DNA of 64,000 nt, taken from assembly GCA_964549315.1 (NCBI GenBank), contig CAZJUY010000007.1, forward strand, positions 37,567-101,566, written 5' to 3'. Each line of letters begins with the position of its first letter. Positions within the stretch are counted from its first letter, which is position 1. This document shows positions 37,264 through 47,236 of this stretch, one piece after another. Both the position numbers and the translations under genes were made by a program. The DNA is from an uncultured Chitinophaga sp. GTDB taxonomy: Bacteria; Bacteroidota; Bacteroidia; 2-12-FULL-35-15. The notes under the pieces were generated by a model. It was not told where the DNA came from, ran no database searches, and saw only the letters and a list, made by a program, of their open reading frames with translations.

Positions 37264-38421
37264 ATGTTACAAAATAAAATTGTGGGTTATCAGGCTTGCA
37301 GCAAATGTATTTTAGACACAAACGATGATTCGGAAATTTATTTTGATGAACGTGGTATCTGTAATTATTGTAAGGAATATGAGGTCATTAATAGTAAAAA
37401 TCGATTAGAGGATAGTGCATTTAAAGAAGAGGAGCTTAAAATATTAGTTGATAAAATAAAAAGTAGAGGCCATAAAAATAAATATGATTGTGTAATTGGA
37501 GTAAGTGGAGGTGTAGATAGTACATACTTGATATACAAAGCCACAGAGTTAGGTCTACGCCCACTAATCGTTCATTATGACAATGGATGGGATTCTGAGT
37601 TGGCTGTTATTAATATCGAGAATATTGTTAAAAAACTAGATTTAGATTTAATAACTTATGTTAATGATTGGCATGAATTTAAAGATATCCAATTAGCTTT
37701 TTTAAAAGCGTCAGTTTTGGATATTGAATTAATAACAGATCAAGCAATTTTAGCGGTATTATATAATACTGCAATTCAATATAAAATTAAATATATCCTA
37801 TACGGCACAAACATAACAACTGAGGCTATTTTGCCAAAAAGTTGGTATCATTGGAAGATCGATTTATTGAATATTACTGGAATTCATAAGAAATTTGGAA
37901 CTTTACCGATAAAAACATACCCTCAATTGGGTTTTTTTAAGCATTATTTTATCACAAAATTTATTAAAATTGAAAGTGTCCATTTATTAAATTATTTAAA
38001 TTATAATAAAAATAAAGCCAAAGAAACAATTGTTAAGGAGTTGAATTGGAGGGATTACGGAGGGAAGCATTATGAGTCAATTTTTACTAGGTTTTATCAA
38101 GCGTATATTTTACCCGCTAAATTTAAGATTGACAAAAGAAAAGCTCACTTGTCAACTCTTATATGTTCAGGACAAATTTCTAGGGAAGAAGCCTTAAAAG
38201 AATTGACAAAGCCTTTGTATGAAAAAGACAAGTTTCAAGACGATTATGAGTATGTTTTGAAAAAATTAGGATTAGAAGTGAGCGAGTTCGAAGATTATAT
38301 GTCTTTACCTGTTAAGTCTCACTTGGACTATCCTTCATATTTTAAAAGCCATTATAAATATCAAAAATGGCTTTCATTATTTCTTAGTAATACTATATTT
38401 TTATTTAAAAAAAAGAAATGA
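37264..38421 (+). CDS. N-acetyl sugar amidotransferase (WbuX/WbpG-like, PP-loop ATPase)
   Basis: CSKC and CNYC, YDCVIGVSGGVDS, DNGW, GGKHYES, SREEAL; directly upstream of the hisH/hisF-like pair. ATG 37264 preferred. Confidence 0.88.
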   Translation: MLQNKIVGYQACSKCILDTNDDSEIYFDERGICNYCKEYEVINSKNRLEDSAFKEEELKILVDKIKSRGHKNKYDCVIGVSGGVDSTYLIYKATELGLRPLIVHYDNGWDSELAVINIENIVKKLDLDLITYVNDWHEFKDIQLAFLKASVLDIELITDQAILAVLYNTAIQYKIKYILYGTNITTEAILPKSWYHWKIDLLNITGIHKKFGTLPIKTYPQLGFFKHYFITKFIKIESVHLLNYLNYNKNKAKETIVKELNWRDYGGKHYESIFTRFYQAYILPAKFKIDKRKAHLSTLICSGQISREEALKELTKPLYEKDKFQDDYEYVLKKLGLEVSEFEDYMSLPVKSHLDYPSYFKSHYKYQKWLSLFLSNTIFLFKKKK

Positions 38422-39029
38422 TAACGATTGTCGATTATGGTTTAGGGAATTTAGCATCAATTAAAAATATGTTAAAAAAAATACATATTTCTTCTGTTAT
38501 AACGTCTGATCCAAATTTAATAGCAAATTCTACTAAATTAATATTACCAGGAGTTGGTTCTTTTGATTTTGGTATGGAACAATTAAAACAGTTGGATTTA
38601 ATCTCAATTTTGAACCAAAAAGTACTGATTGAAAAAACACCAATACTAGGGATTTGTCTCGGAATGCAGCTGCTTACGAAGCGAAGTGAAGAAGGTGTTT
38701 TGTCTGGCCTTGGGTGGATAGATGCTGAAACATTAAAATTTGACTTTCCAAGCCATGAGAATTTAAAAGTACCTAATATGGGTTGGAATGAAGTAAGCAT
38801 TCAAAAAAAAAGCAGATTAACTCAAAATCTTGAAAACAACTCTAGGTTTTATTTTGTTCATTCATACTATGTAAAGTGCAACATTGAAGAAGATACATTG
38901 TTAAAAACCAATTATGGAATTGAATATACATGTGCTATAGAAAAAGAAAATATTTTTGGTGTTCAATTTCATCCTGAAAAAAGTCACAAATTTGGTATGC
39001 ATATATTAAATAATTTTTCGAAAATATAA
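38418..39029 (+). CDS. Glutamine amidotransferase HisH-like (WbuY/HisH2), glycan-locus copy
   Basis: DYGLGN, PGVGSF, GICLGMQ (catalytic Cys), FYFVHSY, QFHPEKS. Confidence 0.9.
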   Translation: MITIVDYGLGNLASIKNMLKKIHISSVITSDPNLIANSTKLILPGVGSFDFGMEQLKQLDLISILNQKVLIEKTPILGICLGMQLLTKRSEEGVLSGLGWIDAETLKFDFPSHENLKVPNMGWNEVSIQKKSRLTQNLENNSRFYFVHSYYVKCNIEEDTLLKTNYGIEYTCAIEKENIFGVQFHPEKSHKFGMHILNNFSKI

Positions 39030-39032
39030 ATT

Positions 39033-40958
39033 ATGAGGCGTCCAAGAGTTATTCCAACACTTTTATATAATTACAGGGGTCTTGTAAAGTCTAAAAAATT
39101 CAAGGGTCATGTTTACATAGGAGATCACCTGAATGCAATAAAGATATTTAATGAAAAAGAGGTAGATGAAATAATATTTTTGGATATCGAAAAAGGGATA
39201 AAAAATAAAAAACCTGATTTAGAATTAATAAAAGAAATAGCGAGTGAATGTTTTATGCCTTTGTGTTATGGCGGTGGAATATCAACAGTGGATGAAGTTA
39301 GAGAGATATTAAGATTGGGAGTTGAGAAAGTTGCAATAAACAGCAACGCATACAGAAAACCCGAATTGATAAAAAGTATTGTTCAATCTTTTGGAAGTCA
39401 AAGTGTGGTTATATCGATTGACGTAAAAAAAAATAAAAATTCTAGATATAGTGTTTATATAGACAACGGGCAAACAGATACAGGAATAGATCCCATTTCC
39501 TATGCTGTAAATATGGAAAGACTTGGTGCTGGAGAACTATTATTAAATTCAATTGATAGAGATGGTACTTATGATGGATATGATACTTGGCTTATAGAAC
39601 AAGTAAGCAAGGCGGTATCTATTCCTGTAATTGCTTGTGGAGGAGGAAACGGGGTAAAAGATTTTTTAAATGCTATTAGAAATGGGGCATCTGCAGTAGC
39701 AGCTGGTAGTTTGTTTGTTTTTTATGGAAGACTAAAAGCTGTGCTAATTAATTTTCCTACAAACGAAGAACTTTTTTTAATATTCAATAAACAAGAAACA
39801 TATACAAGAGACTATTTTAATTTAAAAATTTTTCATATTACAACTTGGTATCCTCATAAAAAACAGGAGATAGAGGCAGGATTCATTAAGGAGCACATTG
39901 ATTCTTTGAGAAACTATTGTTATAACTATGTGTTTAATCTTGATTTTGTTGAATCGGAAAGAACATTATTAAAATTTGAATTTTTCAAAGAATCGAATTA
40001 CGAGTATATTTATACATGTAAAACTAGGATAAAAAATACTTTAATAAAAGAGTTGATTGCTTCAGCTTGGTTTTTTTATGTATTCTTAAAGCACAAAGGA
40101 AACAAATTTGATGTTGTTAATATTCATATTGCATATCCTGTTGCTACTTTTCTTTCTTTCTTTAAAAGAATTATTAGGATTCCAATTGTAATAAATGAAC
40201 ATTGGTCTGCATACCATTTTAATTTCTATGTTGATAAAAATAAGAGGGGGTTAAGAAAAGTGAAAAAAATATTTTTTATGTGTGAAAAAATTTTTGTAGT
40301 ATCAAAATCATTAGCGTTAGATATAGTTAATTTTTCTGGTAATAAAAGATTAGAATATTCAATAATACCTAATATCGTAGATAATAAAATTTATTCCATA
40401 AAACGAGATTTTTTGCCTTCGTCTCCAACATTTTTAATGGTTAGTATTTGGTCAAATATTAAAAAACCAATAATTATAATTGAAGTTTTTAAAAAAATAG
40501 TTTCAGCTTTTCCAGATGCAATTTTAAGAATAGGAGGATATGGTATTCAAATTGAAGCTATGGAAAAAAAAATAAAAGAATTAGATTTGGAAGAAAATGT
40601 GTTCTTATTAGGTAAATTAAATAGAATAGAGGTTGCGAATGAGCTTAATAAATCAACAGCTTTAATACATTCATCTTCATATGAAACATTTTCGGTAATT
40701 TGTGCAGAAGCTATTTCCTGTGGCGTCCCTGTTATAGCTTCAAATGTTGGTGGAATTCCAAGTTTTATTAACAACCAAAATGGGATTTTGGTTGATGACG
40801 AAAGTATTGAGGAATGGTACGATGCTATAACTAAAATGATAAAAGACAGGGCTATTTTTAATGATGTTGACATTTCCAAAAAAGCACATTTACAGTTCTC
40901 TCCAGATAATGTTGGCGAAAAATATTTTGAAGAATTAAAGAAACTTATCCAGAAATGA
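39033..40958 (+). CDS. Fusion: HisF-like cyclase (WbuZ/HisF2, ~aa 1-255) plus GT4 glycosyltransferase (~aa 264-641)
   Basis: HisF part: VDEIIFLDI, PLCYGGGI, GAGELLLNSIDRDGT, VIACGG, AVAAGSLFVF. GT4 part: KIFHITTWYP, NEHWS, IPNIVD, ETFSVICAEAISCGVPVIASNVGG. One uninterrupted frame. Confidence 0.88.
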   Translation: MRRPRVIPTLLYNYRGLVKSKKFKGHVYIGDHLNAIKIFNEKEVDEIIFLDIEKGIKNKKPDLELIKEIASECFMPLCYGGGISTVDEVREILRLGVEKVAINSNAYRKPELIKSIVQSFGSQSVVISIDVKKNKNSRYSVYIDNGQTDTGIDPISYAVNMERLGAGELLLNSIDRDGTYDGYDTWLIEQVSKAVSIPVIACGGGNGVKDFLNAIRNGASAVAAGSLFVFYGRLKAVLINFPTNEELFLIFNKQETYTRDYFNLKIFHITTWYPHKKQEIEAGFIKEHIDSLRNYCYNYVFNLDFVESERTLLKFEFFKESNYEYIYTCKTRIKNTLIKELIASAWFFYVFLKHKGNKFDVVNIHIAYPVATFLSFFKRIIRIPIVINEHWSAYHFNFYVDKNKRGLRKVKKIFFMCEKIFVVSKSLALDIVNFSGNKRLEYSIIPNIVDNKIYSIKRDFLPSSPTFLMVSIWSNIKKPIIIIEVFKKIVSAFPDAILRIGGYGIQIEAMEKKIKELDLEENVFLLGKLNRIEVANELNKSTALIHSSSYETFSVICAEAISCGVPVIASNVGGIPSFINNQNGILVDDESIEEWYDAITKMIKDRAIFNDVDISKKAHLQFSPDNVGEKYFEELKKLIQK

Positions 40959-42028
40959 AATTAATAAATCAGAATATAATCATTGTTTCAAATGAGAAAT
41001 GGGGTAATATGTGGTACTCTAAACATAATTATGCAAATCAATTGTCTAAGAAAAACAATGTGTTTTTTTTGAATCCTCCACATCCCTTTCACATGTTTAA
41101 TCTTTTCAAAAAAAAAATTACATCATTTAGGGTTTCTGATTCTTTAACTGTATTAGAGTATAAAAATATATTGCCTACAAGCCTGCCATTCTTGTGGAAA
41201 ATTAATGATTTTATCATTATTAGGGCTATTAATATTTTTTTTAAAAAAAATAAAATTAACAATATCATTTTTTGGACATTTGATCCAATTAGATTATCCC
41301 TGCCAGAATTATTAAATCCTAAAAAAATTATTTTTCATGCAGTCGATAAATATCAATTTAAATATCCTTCTGAAGAAATACTTTCAAAAAAAAGCGACTT
41401 AATATTATGTGTTTCTGACACAATATCATCCCAATATAAATCATATAATAAAAACATTTATACAATACCTCATGGTGTCCCTGACGATGAGTTTTTGCCA
41501 GTTGAGCTTGTTAAAAATGATAGAATTACAGGACTTTTTATAGGGAATAATGATAGTCGAATTGATTTTGAATTTACAAAAAAAATTATCGAGGCATTCC
41601 CTTCTATCATTTTTAAGTTTGTTGGAAGAGTTAATGTTGATAATGAAGAGTCATTAAATATATTTTCAGGAAAATATCCCAATGTTTTATTTATTGGTGA
41701 AATCCCATATCCTCAGCTTAAATATCAAATACGGGAGTCTAATTTTTGTTTTATATTTAAAAAAGAAAATTATCCTGGAAATAATATATCTAGCCATAAA
41801 ATGCTGGTTTACCTTTCTCAAGGAAAACCTATTGTGTCTACAATTTTTTCAGAATTTCAAACAGAAAGAGATTTGTTATTTATGTCTAATGATTTAAACA
41901 ACACAATTGAAAATATTAATAATATTGTATCAAATGAAGAGGAGATGTATTTAATTCAAAAAAGAATCGAATTTGCAAAAAAACATTCGTATAAAAATAT
42001 ATTAATAAACATTGAAAAACTCCTATAG
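40955..42028 (+). CDS. Glycosyltransferase, GT-B fold (TuaH-like)
   Basis: W...W.SKH.YA, FHAVD, IPHGV, S.HKMLVYLSQGKPIVST. Confidence 0.75.
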   Translation: MKLINQNIIIVSNEKWGNMWYSKHNYANQLSKKNNVFFLNPPHPFHMFNLFKKKITSFRVSDSLTVLEYKNILPTSLPFLWKINDFIIIRAINIFFKKNKINNIIFWTFDPIRLSLPELLNPKKIIFHAVDKYQFKYPSEEILSKKSDLILCVSDTISSQYKSYNKNIYTIPHGVPDDEFLPVELVKNDRITGLFIGNNDSRIDFEFTKKIIEAFPSIIFKFVGRVNVDNEESLNIFSGKYPNVLFIGEIPYPQLKYQIRESNFCFIFKKENYPGNNISSHKMLVYLSQGKPIVSTIFSEFQTERDLLFMSNDLNNTIENINNIVSNEEEMYLIQKRIEFAKKHSYKNILINIEKLL

Positions 42029-42032
42029 AGCA

Positions 42033-43151
42033 ATGAAGCACGTTGTAATGATAATTTCTAATAGTCCTAATCCTTCTTATTTTAGGCCATTTGCAGCGTT
42101 CTGTAGAAATGATACGGAAGTTAAAATTAGTTTTGTTTTTTTGCATACAGCACCCCCAAGCTTAATGGAAGAACTTGAAAACTTGGGTTCAAAATGTTAT
42201 TACTTACCTTTTTTTCAAGAAAAGCCAAAGCCTTTTCAGTACATTCGATTAACAATTCAACTCTTTTTTTTATTTTTGAAAATAAAACCTGATGTTGTTC
42301 AAACGAATCTTTTTGATGACAGTTTACCTGGATTATTAGCTGCCAGAATAGCAAGAGTAAAAAGCAGAATTATTACCAAGCAAGATACCAATTTTCATAT
42401 TTTATATTATCCTCAGTATATTAAATTTGATAAATTCAATAATTTTAATGCCACTATAATTGTTCCTGTATCTGCTGAGGTTTTAGATTTAATAATGAAT
42501 TACGAACATCCTTCTAAGTACAAAATTAGAAATGTTCATCACGGGATGGATGAAAATTTTATTACAAGTGCAACAACATCTGAAATTAGTCAGTTTAAGA
42601 AAAAATATGGTTTAGAGAATAAATTTGTTATTGGTTGTGTTAGCAGGTATGTTGAAATAAAAGGGTACAAGCAAATAATAGAAGCAGCTGAAATTTTATG
42701 CAGCAAACATGAAAATTTTGTTTTTTTAGGTATGGGAAGTGGACCCCAAAAAACGGAATTGTTAGAACTTATTAAAGAAAAAAAATTAAGTGATAAATTT
42801 ATTTTGACCGATAAAATTGAATATTCGCTTATTCCTTCAGCATATAAAAGTTTTGATGTTTTTATTCATAATTCAATAAATGAAGCTTTTGGTTTTGTGT
42901 TTCCTGAGGCTATGTTTAATAAAATACCAATTGTGTCCACAAATGTTGGGGCAGTTAGAGATGTTCTTAAACATAAAGAAAGTTGTTATTTTACTCAATT
43001 TAATTCTGTAGCGGATATTGTCAATGGAATTGAATATATGTTAGAAGAAGATCGTGCTCAAATTGCGGAACGAGCATTTGAAATTTGTAAAAATAATTTT
43101 TCTATAGAAAAAATGTGGAAAAACTATAGAGAACTCTTTTTATTAAATTAA
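42033..43151 (+). CDS. Glycosyltransferase family 4
   Basis: VHHG, EIKG, DVFIHNSINEAFGFVFPEAM...PIVSTNVG; ATG 42033 preferred. Confidence 0.88.
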   Translation: MKHVVMIISNSPNPSYFRPFAAFCRNDTEVKISFVFLHTAPPSLMEELENLGSKCYYLPFFQEKPKPFQYIRLTIQLFFLFLKIKPDVVQTNLFDDSLPGLLAARIARVKSRIITKQDTNFHILYYPQYIKFDKFNNFNATIIVPVSAEVLDLIMNYEHPSKYKIRNVHHGMDENFITSATTSEISQFKKKYGLENKFVIGCVSRYVEIKGYKQIIEAAEILCSKHENFVFLGMGSGPQKTELLELIKEKKLSDKFILTDKIEYSLIPSAYKSFDVFIHNSINEAFGFVFPEAMFNKIPIVSTNVGAVRDVLKHKESCYFTQFNSVADIVNGIEYMLEEDRAQIAERAFEICKNNFSIEKMWKNYRELFLLN

Positions 43152-43158
43152 TCGTACC

Positions 43159-44214
43159 ATGATAAAATATATCAAAGGGTTTGATGGATTGAGAGCATTA
43201 TCTATTATTATGGTATTAATAACCCATTTGGGAGTCATTTCTCTTTTTCCTAAGACAGATTTTTTTACCATCAGAATAGCATCATTGATATCGGGTAGTA
43301 CAGGAGTAAATGTTTTTTTTACTTTAAGCGGTTTTTTGATAACATATATTCTTATAGTGGAACAAACTAAGAATGGGAAAATAAACATTAAAAATTTTTT
43401 TATTAAGAGATTTTTAAGATTGCTTCCTCCTTTTTTCATTTTACTTTCAATAGTATTTTTGTTAATGCAGTTTAATTTTGTTGAAAAAAATTATGGTTCT
43501 CTTTTATTGTCTTTTTTTTATTTATCAAACTTTTCTCCAAATAAATATTATTTAATAGAACTCGGACATTCTTGGTCATTAGCTGTGGAAGAGCAGTTCT
43601 ATCTTACATGGCCTTTTATTTTACAAATACTAAAAAGATCTAGGATGTATTTGTTTTTGTTATCGCTGATTATTCTGTCTGTTGCAGTAATTTTTATCCA
43701 AAAAGATTTAACTATCCAAATTTCAAATACATTTTTAGTGTTTTCAAATACTAATAGATGGACTATTCCTGCGATTGCTCCTATTGCAATTGGGAGTCTA
43801 GCAGCAACATTGTTACATAAAAATAAGAACTTAATTGTACTTCTTTTTCAAAATAAATATAAGATGTTTGTATTGTCGGTATTGGTATTTATCTCGCCAC
43901 TATACTTATCCTTATCTTTTTTTAATTTTTTTAATATAATACAAGCATTTGGGATAGGAATATTACTGATTTGGGTGTTTACTAATCAGGATTCTAAAAT
44001 TACTGAAATCTTAAATATCAGACCTTTAAGATATGTCGGGAGAATATCTTATGGATTATATATATACCAGGGATTATTTTTAACAACAGGTCCTACAAAT
44101 AAATTATTTATTCAATCTTTTCCTCAAAATATATTATTTACTTTTATAGTTGCTGTTTTTTCGTATCATTTTATTGAAAAGAAAATTTTGGCTTTAAAAA
44201 ATAAATTTAATTGA
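43159..44214 (+). CDS. Acyltransferase_3 family O-acyltransferase (OafA-like)
   Basis: FDGLRALS, VFFTLSGFLIT, RFLRL.P, GHSWSLAVEEQFYL.WP, ISYGLY; multi-TM. Confidence 0.9.
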   Translation: MIKYIKGFDGLRALSIIMVLITHLGVISLFPKTDFFTIRIASLISGSTGVNVFFTLSGFLITYILIVEQTKNGKINIKNFFIKRFLRLLPPFFILLSIVFLLMQFNFVEKNYGSLLLSFFYLSNFSPNKYYLIELGHSWSLAVEEQFYLTWPFILQILKRSRMYLFLLSLIILSVAVIFIQKDLTIQISNTFLVFSNTNRWTIPAIAPIAIGSLAATLLHKNKNLIVLLFQNKYKMFVLSVLVFISPLYLSLSFFNFFNIIQAFGIGILLIWVFTNQDSKITEILNIRPLRYVGRISYGLYIYQGLFLTTGPTNKLFIQSFPQNILFTFIVAVFSYHFIEKKILALKNKFN

Positions 44215-44217
44215 ATT

Positions 44218-45090
44218 ATGGATTTACTTGTTTCTGTTATTATTCCTGTTTACAATTCAGAAAAGTACATTCACGAAACAATCCAATCTGTTTTAAATCA
44301 AACATATAAAAATTTTGAACTCATAATCGTAAATGATGGTTCGACAGATAATTCCTTATCAATAATTGAAAATTCACAAAAAAAAGATAATAGGATAAAA
44401 ATATTAAATAAAATTAATTCTGGAGTTTCAGAAACAAGAAACTTTGGGTTAAATATCGCTAAAGGCGAGTATGTAGCATTTTTAGATTCTGATGATGTTT
44501 GGCTGCCAAATAATTTGGAGCTGAAAGTGAATTGCATTAATCAAAATTTTCTTGATGCAGTATATTCTTACTGTGAAATTATAGATGAAGAATCTTTTAA
44601 AACAGGAATTGTTAAAACAGGTTTAAGCCCACTGTTGCTTAAAAATATTTTATGTTGGGAGGGCAACTACATTACAATTCCGTCAGGATATTTGTTTAAA
44701 AAAGATTCTATACTTTTGATTGGTGGATTTAATAAATCTCTTTCCAATAATGCGGATCAAGAAATCATTATTAGGCTACTGTCTTTTGGTTCTAAAATAT
44801 CATCAATTAGTGAAGTAACATGGCTATATAGAAGACATAATTTAAATATGTCATCAAATATACAGTTAATGGAAAAAGAATCGATTCTTGTATATAAAAT
44901 TGCAGCTAAAAATAACTTATACTCAAATTTCTTTTTTAGAATGAAATGTTATTCAAAAATGAATTTAGTGCTTTCTGGTTGTTGGTACAGAGATGGAGGA
45001 AGTGTTAGAAAGGCTATTTATAGGTTTATAATTGCTTTTTGCACTTCCCCCCTTAGCACCATTATTTTAATGTTGAAAAAATTAAAATGA
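44218..45090 (+). CDS. Glycosyltransferase family 2
   Basis: SVIIPVYN, VNDGSTD, NSGVSETRN.G, FLDSDD. Confidence 0.92.
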   Translation: MDLLVSVIIPVYNSEKYIHETIQSVLNQTYKNFELIIVNDGSTDNSLSIIENSQKKDNRIKILNKINSGVSETRNFGLNIAKGEYVAFLDSDDVWLPNNLELKVNCINQNFLDAVYSYCEIIDEESFKTGIVKTGLSPLLLKNILCWEGNYITIPSGYLFKKDSILLIGGFNKSLSNNADQEIIIRLLSFGSKISSISEVTWLYRRHNLNMSSNIQLMEKESILVYKIAAKNNLYSNFFFRMKCYSKMNLVLSGCWYRDGGSVRKAIYRFIIAFCTSPLSTIILMLKKLK

Positions 45091-46310
45091 AAAATAAAAA
45101 TTTTATTGTCTATTCTTTTCAAAGTATCAATGATCCATTATTAAAGGGATTAATGTTGGAATATATGATAAAAACTGCCCAAAATAACAGTTCATATATT
45201 TTCCATTTAATTTCACATGAACAGGAATCATTTAAACTATCAGAAATTCAAGCTAAGAAACTTAAAGATGAGCTTTTAAAAATAAATATATACTGGTATC
45301 CTATAAATTATATATCAGGTAAATATTTGCTCTTAAAAAAACTAATTAATTTTATTCAATCTTTTATTATATGTTACAAAATAAATAAAAAGCATAATCC
45401 TCATGCGATAATTGGATTTCTTTCTATTGCCGGAGCGTTTAGTTTTATAATTTCTAAAATTTTAAAACTAAAACTTGGGATATTTTGTTTTGAGCCTCAT
45501 AGTGGGTATATGTTAGATTTTAAACGATGGAAAAAGTACTCATTAAAATATATATTGTTGAATAAATTTGAATATTGGCAAATAAAATATGCAACTCATA
45601 TGGTTTTGCCTACAAATTATTCGATTGATTTAGCCAATAAAATTAATTCGAAAAGTAAAAAGTATTTGGTCCCAATATCAATTGATACGGATAAATTTAC
45701 TTTCAGTGTTGAGGGAAGGCAAAGAATAAGAAATGAGATAAATGCAAATGAAAAATTTGTGATTATTTATACTGGAAAATTTGGAGGTATATATTATACA
45801 TCTTCTGAGGTACTTTTATTTTTTAGTAACTTGCTTAAAACCAACTCTAAATATTTTTTATATATTATTACGCCACATTTCGATGAAGTAGTAAAAAATA
45901 TTTGCAGTTTTGATATTCCTAAAGGCAGCTATTTTATTTCTAAAGAGGTTCCATATGATGAGCTTAAAGACCATATTTCTGCATCTGACATTGGATTGAT
46001 TGCAATTCCTTCATTGCCTTCTCAAAAATATAGAACTCCTGTGAAGACTGGTATATACTTGTCCTGTGGAGTACCTTATATTATTAATAAGGGCATTGCA
46101 GAAGACGATATTTTAGCTCAACAAAGCAATGTTGGATTAGTTGTTGATAGTTTGTCTCTTATATCATTTGATAATTTGAATCAGGAAATTATTAGTTTGC
46201 TCTCCGAAGAAATATCGGATCTTAGAAATAGATGTAGAAAAGTTGCGATAGAAAATAGAGGACTTCAAAATTCAATTAGTGCTTTAGAGTCAATCTTAAA
46301 AGAAATTTGA
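45087..46310 (+). CDS. Glycosyltransferase, GT4-like
   Basis: VPISID..KF, YTGKFGG.Y, D.G.I, PVKTGIYL.CG.P. Confidence 0.75.
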   Translation: MKNKNFIVYSFQSINDPLLKGLMLEYMIKTAQNNSSYIFHLISHEQESFKLSEIQAKKLKDELLKINIYWYPINYISGKYLLLKKLINFIQSFIICYKINKKHNPHAIIGFLSIAGAFSFIISKILKLKLGIFCFEPHSGYMLDFKRWKKYSLKYILLNKFEYWQIKYATHMVLPTNYSIDLANKINSKSKKYLVPISIDTDKFTFSVEGRQRIRNEINANEKFVIIYTGKFGGIYYTSSEVLLFFSNLLKTNSKYFLYIITPHFDEVVKNICSFDIPKGSYFISKEVPYDELKDHISASDIGLIAIPSLPSQKYRTPVKTGIYLSCGVPYIINKGIAEDDILAQQSNVGLVVDSLSLISFDNLNQEIISLLSEEISDLRNRCRKVAIENRGLQNSISALESILKEI

Positions 46311-46321
46311 TAAATTAGCAT

Positions 46322-47236
46322 ATGCGAATACTTATAACAGGAGGATTTGGTTTTATTGCCTCACATTGTGCTGCAAAATTGCTTCAAAATAATGAAATTA
46401 CTATAATTTCTAAGTCCTCAAAAATCCCTGATATTTTAGATACTTCAATTGAAAAAATTAATATAATTAATGGTAGTTATGAAGATTCATCTATTTTGGA
46501 CGATATATTACCAAAAATTGATATCGTATTGCATGCTGCCTGCACTACAGTTCCAGAAAATTCCACCAAAAATCCTATTTTTGATATTGAGTCTAATGTA
46601 ATACCCTTTTTAAGGCTATTGGAACATTGCATAAAATCTAAAGTAAAAAAAATTGTTTATTTATCTTCTGGCGGTGTTGTATATGGTGATACAAAAAAGA
46701 AATTTTTAAATGAGTTAGAATTGACAAATCCTGTTTCATCCTATGGAATAACAAAGTTAACAATCGAAAAATATTTGCAGTGCTATTCTCAAATTTATGG
46801 CTACGAAAGTTTAATATTTAGAATTGGTAATGCATATGGTCCCCATCAAATTACTAAAAATAATCAGGGAGTTATTGCAAACTGGTTGGAAAAATGTAAA
46901 AACAATCAGGATATAGAAATTTGGGGAGATGGTGAAATAGTAAGAGATTATGTATTTATTGATGATATTGTTAATGCTGTTTCTATTGGAATAGAAAAAA
47001 ATATTGTTGGATTATATAATATAGGATCTTCAGAATCATTATCGTTAAAAGAATTGGCCAGGCTGATAATTAATATTACATCATCAAAATCCAATATTAA
47101 ATTTATCGCGGACAAGCCTAGGCCTTTTGATGTATTGTTTAACCAATTAGATACTACGTTATACCAGTCTGTGTCTGGTTGGAAACCAATTGTTAAAATA
47201 AAAGAAGGTATTATAAAATGTTATAAAGGGATTTAG
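46322..47236 (+). CDS. NAD-dependent epimerase/dehydratase
   Basis: ITGGFGFI, SSGGVVYG, YGITK, RIGNAYGP, RDYVFIDD. Confidence 0.88.
   Translation: MRILITGGFGFIASHCAAKLLQNNEITIISKSSKIPDILDTSIEKINIINGSYEDSSILDDILPKIDIVLHAACTTVPENSTKNPIFDIESNVIPFLRLLEHCIKSKVKKIVYLSSGGVVYGDTKKKFLNELELTNPVSSYGITKLTIEKYLQCYSQIYGYESLIFRIGNAYGPHQITKNNQGVIANWLEKCKNNQDIEIWGDGEIVRDYVFIDDIVNAVSIGIEKNIVGLYNIGSSESLSLKELARLIINITSSKSNIKFIADKPRPFDVLFNQLDTTLYQSVSGWKPIVKIKEGIIKCYKGI

Noticed and set aside
39771-39778. T7 run near the HisF-GT4 junction as a frameshift error creating a false fusion
   Set aside because: The HisF-like C-terminal motif reads through normally and the GT part has no usable start codon in frame, so a simple indel does not restore two normal genes; reads should still be checked.
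38418-39820. hisH/hisF as histidine biosynthesis genes
   Set aside because: No other his genes nearby; they follow an N-acetyl sugar amidotransferase inside a glycan operon, the WbuXYZ arrangement.
41108-41250. A10 run (41108-41117) and T8A8 run (41235-41250) in a GT gene as phase-variation tracts
   Set aside because: Runs of 8-10 A/T are expected in such AT-rich DNA and the frame is intact; read-level length variation would be needed.
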